This document shows, piece by piece, positions 61,562-64,000 of a stretch of 64,000 nt of DNA. The DNA comes from an uncultured Gemmataceae bacterium (GTDB taxonomy: Bacteria; Planctomycetota; Planctomycetia; Gemmatales; Gemmataceae). The position numbers were made by a program, and so were the translations under genes. The DNA is taken from assembly GCA_963750165.1 (NCBI GenBank), contig CAVVPN010000004.1:1088001-1152000 (forward strand). The letters run 5' to 3'. A model generated the notes under the pieces. The model did not search any database, was not told the DNA's origin, and saw only the letters and a program-made list of their open reading frames with translations. How positions within the stretch are numbered: the first letter of the stretch is position 1; each line of letters opens with the position of its first letter.

Positions 61562-62083
61562 CAGACCACCGGACTCCGCTAGAGCTTCCGCCTTATCATA
61601 GCAGAACGCCTGCTTGATGAGTGCGGCCGATACCCGCGGCCCGGCCTCGATCGACTCCAGCGCCGCGTCGATCTCTGAGAAGACACAGTCGTAATCCCCA
61701 TCCGGCGGCAACTCACTGAGCCGGAACCGAGGGCCGTCGAGAACCAACCCGCCGTTTTCGCCATACGGGACCCACCAGGCGTCGCCGGCACCGAACTCGC
61801 GGACCCGCCTGCCGCCCGAGTAACGCACGCCGATACGGACGCAGCAACTATTATCGTAGAATAGGGCAACGGCCTGCCCAGTCACGGCCGACACCCGCCG
61901 TGCGACGCGCTCAACAGCCGGCTGGTCGAACAGATCGTGCCGGCCAGCTACACGGTGCACACCGTATATCCCGCGGGCCAAACGCACCAACCGCAACCGC
62001 AGCCTGGAGGAGAGCAAGCCGAAGGCACGGCGGGCGGTGCGCTCGTCGGAGCGGAACACCACCCCCTCGTACATCTCGCTCAT
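61523..62083 (-). CDS. Hypothetical cassette protein
   Basis: GGAGG RBS after GTTTGAA; ORF reads into the next site (SEPDSASDRRGT*). Confidence 0.7.
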   Translation of the reverse strand: MSEMYEGVVFRSDERTARRAFGLLSSRLRLRLVRLARGIYGVHRVAGRHDLFDQPAVERVARRVSAVTGQAVALFYDNSCCVRIGVRYSGGRRVREFGAGDAWWVPYGENGGLVLDGPRFRLSELPPDGDYDCVFSEIDAALESIEAGPRVSAALIKQAFCYDKAEALAESGGLSEPDSASDRRGT

Positions 62084-62100
62084 CCTGTGCGCCTCCGGTA

Positions 62101-62196
62101 TTCAAACGACGAAGCTCAGCAGCGGCGGGGGCTGCAGAGCCGTAAACCTCAGAAAGCCTACATGCCCCCGCCGTCTGCTGTAGCGCCTGGTTCGGC
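62101..62196 (-). other. attC-like site
   Basis: Minus strand GCCGAAC-CAGGCG-CTACAGCAGACGGCGGGGGC...GCCCCCGCCGCTGCTGAGC-TTCGTC-GTTTGAA. Confidence 0.85.
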
Positions 62197-62808
62197 GTCC
62201 CACGGGACCGGCCGAAACCACGACGCGCCGATAAGCCGGCAGTGGGTGACCGTGTCGTCGCCGCTCACCTCGAGCTTATCCAAAAAACAGCGAGCCGGTG
62301 GGAACCGCTTTACTTCCCAGAGCTTGGAGATGCACAACAATCGCTCACGATTCGCCGCTCGAGTCCGGGATAGTTCGAGGCGACCAATCGCCGTCGAAAA
62401 CTGCCGATAAAAGTCTGCGGGATCCGGCGTCCATAGGCCGGCAATTTCCTCCATTTCAATGGTCACGAACCTCCCTGGTGCGTCGGCGACTGCGGTACGC
62501 AAAAGCTCGGCGTACCCGTCCAGCGGTCCCTCGGCCCTGAACATCCGATTGAGTGTTGGAAGGGCGCGGGCTAATTGCTCAAAGGCGAGGGCCTTTCGAG
62601 TAATTGGCGCTGTGGTGGTCACCTGTTGGCCTTCTACCTCAAAGACCTGGGTCCGCATGTCTGCCGGCCGAAACATCGCAAGCCAGACGAGGGGAACGCA
62701 GTAGGCATCGAAAGCCACTGTCTGCACCCTGCTGTCGTAGTTGGGATCCCCGATGTTTGGGTAGATGGTTTCCACATCTGAGACGCAAAGGTAGGAGCGA
62801 TTCGCCAT
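62158..62808 (-). CDS. Hypothetical cassette protein (MANRSYL...)
   Basis: GAGGAG RBS; ORF ends within the att site (AEPGATADGGGM*). Confidence 0.75.
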   Translation of the reverse strand: MANRSYLCVSDVETIYPNIGDPNYDSRVQTVAFDAYCVPLVWLAMFRPADMRTQVFEVEGQQVTTTAPITRKALAFEQLARALPTLNRMFRAEGPLDGYAELLRTAVADAPGRFVTIEMEEIAGLWTPDPADFYRQFSTAIGRLELSRTRAANRERLLCISKLWEVKRFPPARCFLDKLEVSGDDTVTHCRLIGASWFRPVPWDAEPGATADGGGM

Positions 62809-62834
62809 CGGAATAGTCTCCTCGGCGTCCTGTA

Positions 62835-62923
62835 GCCGAACAACTCAGTTCACGTGCGGGCCACTCGACTCAATGCTCAGCTGCAACCTCAGTTGGCCCG
62901 TCACGTGCAACCGCTGGTTCGGG
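62835..62923 (-). other. attC-like site, close relative of 11611-11699
   Basis: Same 89-bp length; shares GTGCGGGCCACTCGACTCAATG and CTCAGTTGGCCCGTCAC. Confidence 0.85.
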
Positions 62924-62979
62924 TCGGTTTTCTCTCGACTTCGACCCTTTTGCCTCGGCCTGCTCTCGCGCTCACCCTC

Positions 62980-63531
62980 TTACTCGTTCTTTCCGAAAAT
63001 CGTGACACCGATGTTGTGCAAGCCAGCGTATTTGATTGCCAGGCCGAGGAGGATATACTCGTCCTTTTGGTAACCAGCAGCAAAAGCATCCTGATGCAGC
63101 AACATCGTCGGTTGGTTCTCTTGGCCGGACTGTGTTGCTTCTATCGCTGCTTTTTTTACACCCTTCGCAAATTCAGGAAGGTAGTGTTCAACAGTTGCAA
63201 CCACCGTATCCACTCGCCTCTTTTTTTCGGCAGCGGTAGGTGATTCCTGCTCGACACCTGGCACCAGCTTCATTACTCCGTCTTCTTGGAAGTTGAACTC
63301 GCCACGCCGGACTCGATCCAAGGCCCGGTTGATCTCGTCTTCGCGGCCCCGGTAGGACTGCAGAAACGTACTCACAGGAAAAGACGGGTCAACATCATAA
63401 AAGCCGACGACCGGGCCTGGCGGTGCTTTATCAAGGAGAAGCAACAGTTCGGCCTGACAATACTTTTCGTCAGCACAACGAGTGTACAAGGCTGCACTTT
63501 TTCCTTCGCCTTGCCGCATGATAAATGCCAT
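62980..63531 (-). CDS. Hypothetical cassette protein
   Basis: AAGGAG RBS; low GC; lies between two att sites. Confidence 0.75.
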   Translation of the reverse strand: MAFIMRQGEGKSAALYTRCADEKYCQAELLLLLDKAPPGPVVGFYDVDPSFPVSTFLQSYRGREDEINRALDRVRRGEFNFQEDGVMKLVPGVEQESPTAAEKKRRVDTVVATVEHYLPEFAKGVKKAAIEATQSGQENQPTMLLHQDAFAAGYQKDEYILLGLAIKYAGLHNIGVTIFGKNE

Positions 63532-63621
63532 TGTGTGGTCTCCTTTCCCGGACCAAGCTCAGCCTGGAGGATGCCTTTAGTATTCCACGCTCCGCGACCG
63601 ACGGCTACCGCTCTACGCGTG

Positions 63622-63722
63622 CCCGAACGACCAAGCTCAGCAGCAGCCTCACGCGGACCAAACCGCCACAACTCGCTCGACCGCCTATCGCGTGGGCTGT
63701 CTGCTGCAGCGACTGGTTCGGC
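63622..63722 (-). other. attC-like site
   Basis: Minus strand GCCGAAC-CAGTCG-CTGCAGCAGACAGCCCACGCG...CGCGTGAGGCTGCTGCTGAGC-TTGGTC-GTTCGGG. Confidence 0.85.
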
Positions 63723-63734
63723 CTGTTGCCTATT

Positions 63735-64000
63735 CTACTTGCAGGCCGACACGTCTTGGTTGACGACCTCGCGAACCCGCGCCGCCTCCTCTTCATGCTT
63801 TACAACGACCCTCAATATCTCTAATGGCGCCCAATCCTGTGCCAAGGCCGGGCGAAGCGCAACCGCGAAGTCCTCCATCGACAGCGGGCCGAAGCCGGTC
63901 GCGAGTGCCGCGAGGTTGACCGTCCGGCGCGCAGCTCCCGCGCCTTGGACAAAGCCGTGAGGATCGTGTCTCTGACAAGCTCTATCGAGGAGTCGTAAGA
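63735..64000 (-). CDS. 3' part of a probable macro-domain protein (cassette; runs off window; apparent frameshift at ~63925)
   Basis: Manual translation YDSSIELVRDTILTALSKAREL..TVNLAALATGFGPLS..VSACK*, resembling the macro-domain 'S/T-V-A-x-P-A-L-x-T-G' motif. Confidence 0.55.
   Translation of the reverse strand, partial: LRLLDRACQRHDPHGFVQGAGAARRTVNLAALATGFGPLSMEDFAVALRPALAQDWAPLEILRVVVKHEEEAARVREVVNQDVSACK

Noticed and set aside
60445..63722. CRISPR array interpretation of the recurring repeats
   Set aside because: The repeats are 89-101 bp, divergent and separated by whole genes; no cas genes are present.

Overview
GC-rich bacterial window, almost certainly from a planctomycete (Gemmataceae-like). 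Markers are two DUF1501 genes, a PSCyt/PSD1 cytochrome protein, a membrane-anchored ECF sigma factor and Pro-rich secreted proteins. Housekeeping and metabolic genes include guaB, ribD, bcp, feoA-feoA-feoB, a dgoD-like dehydratase, NMO, a D-TA PLP enzyme, tRNA-Cys, an FHA/kinase/pseudokinase-PP2C cluster, VIT-vWA and two tandem membrane spermidine-synthase-like genes. Main observations: (1) Two integrase-less arrays of minus-strand gene cassettes, at ~10.8-14.1 kb and from ~60.4 kb past the window end, are separated by attC-like hairpins, mostly with a GCCGAAC...GTTCGGC core. Near-identical, co-varying copies lie 51 kb apart. The cargo looks like defence or immunity genes (GmrSD/DUF262, PIN TA, SMI1/KNR4, macro domain). 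(2) The first array lies in a 4.6-kb insertion bounded by a 10-bp direct repeat inside a heptamer-repeat hairpin, and it splits a sorA-sorB-ccoNO(fused with extra cytochrome c)-ccoQ-like operon, a candidate sulfite-to-oxygen respiratory module. (3) There are many REP/REPIN and short-tandem-repeat hairpins, some in frame inside proteins, and several internally collapsed gene or IS remnants (IS701, IS110 with its 3' non-coding end, MNT, ceramidase-like). About 11 short-indel frameshifts in otherwise intact genes are most likely sequencing or assembly errors. All protein calls come from motif recognition by eye, with no database search.
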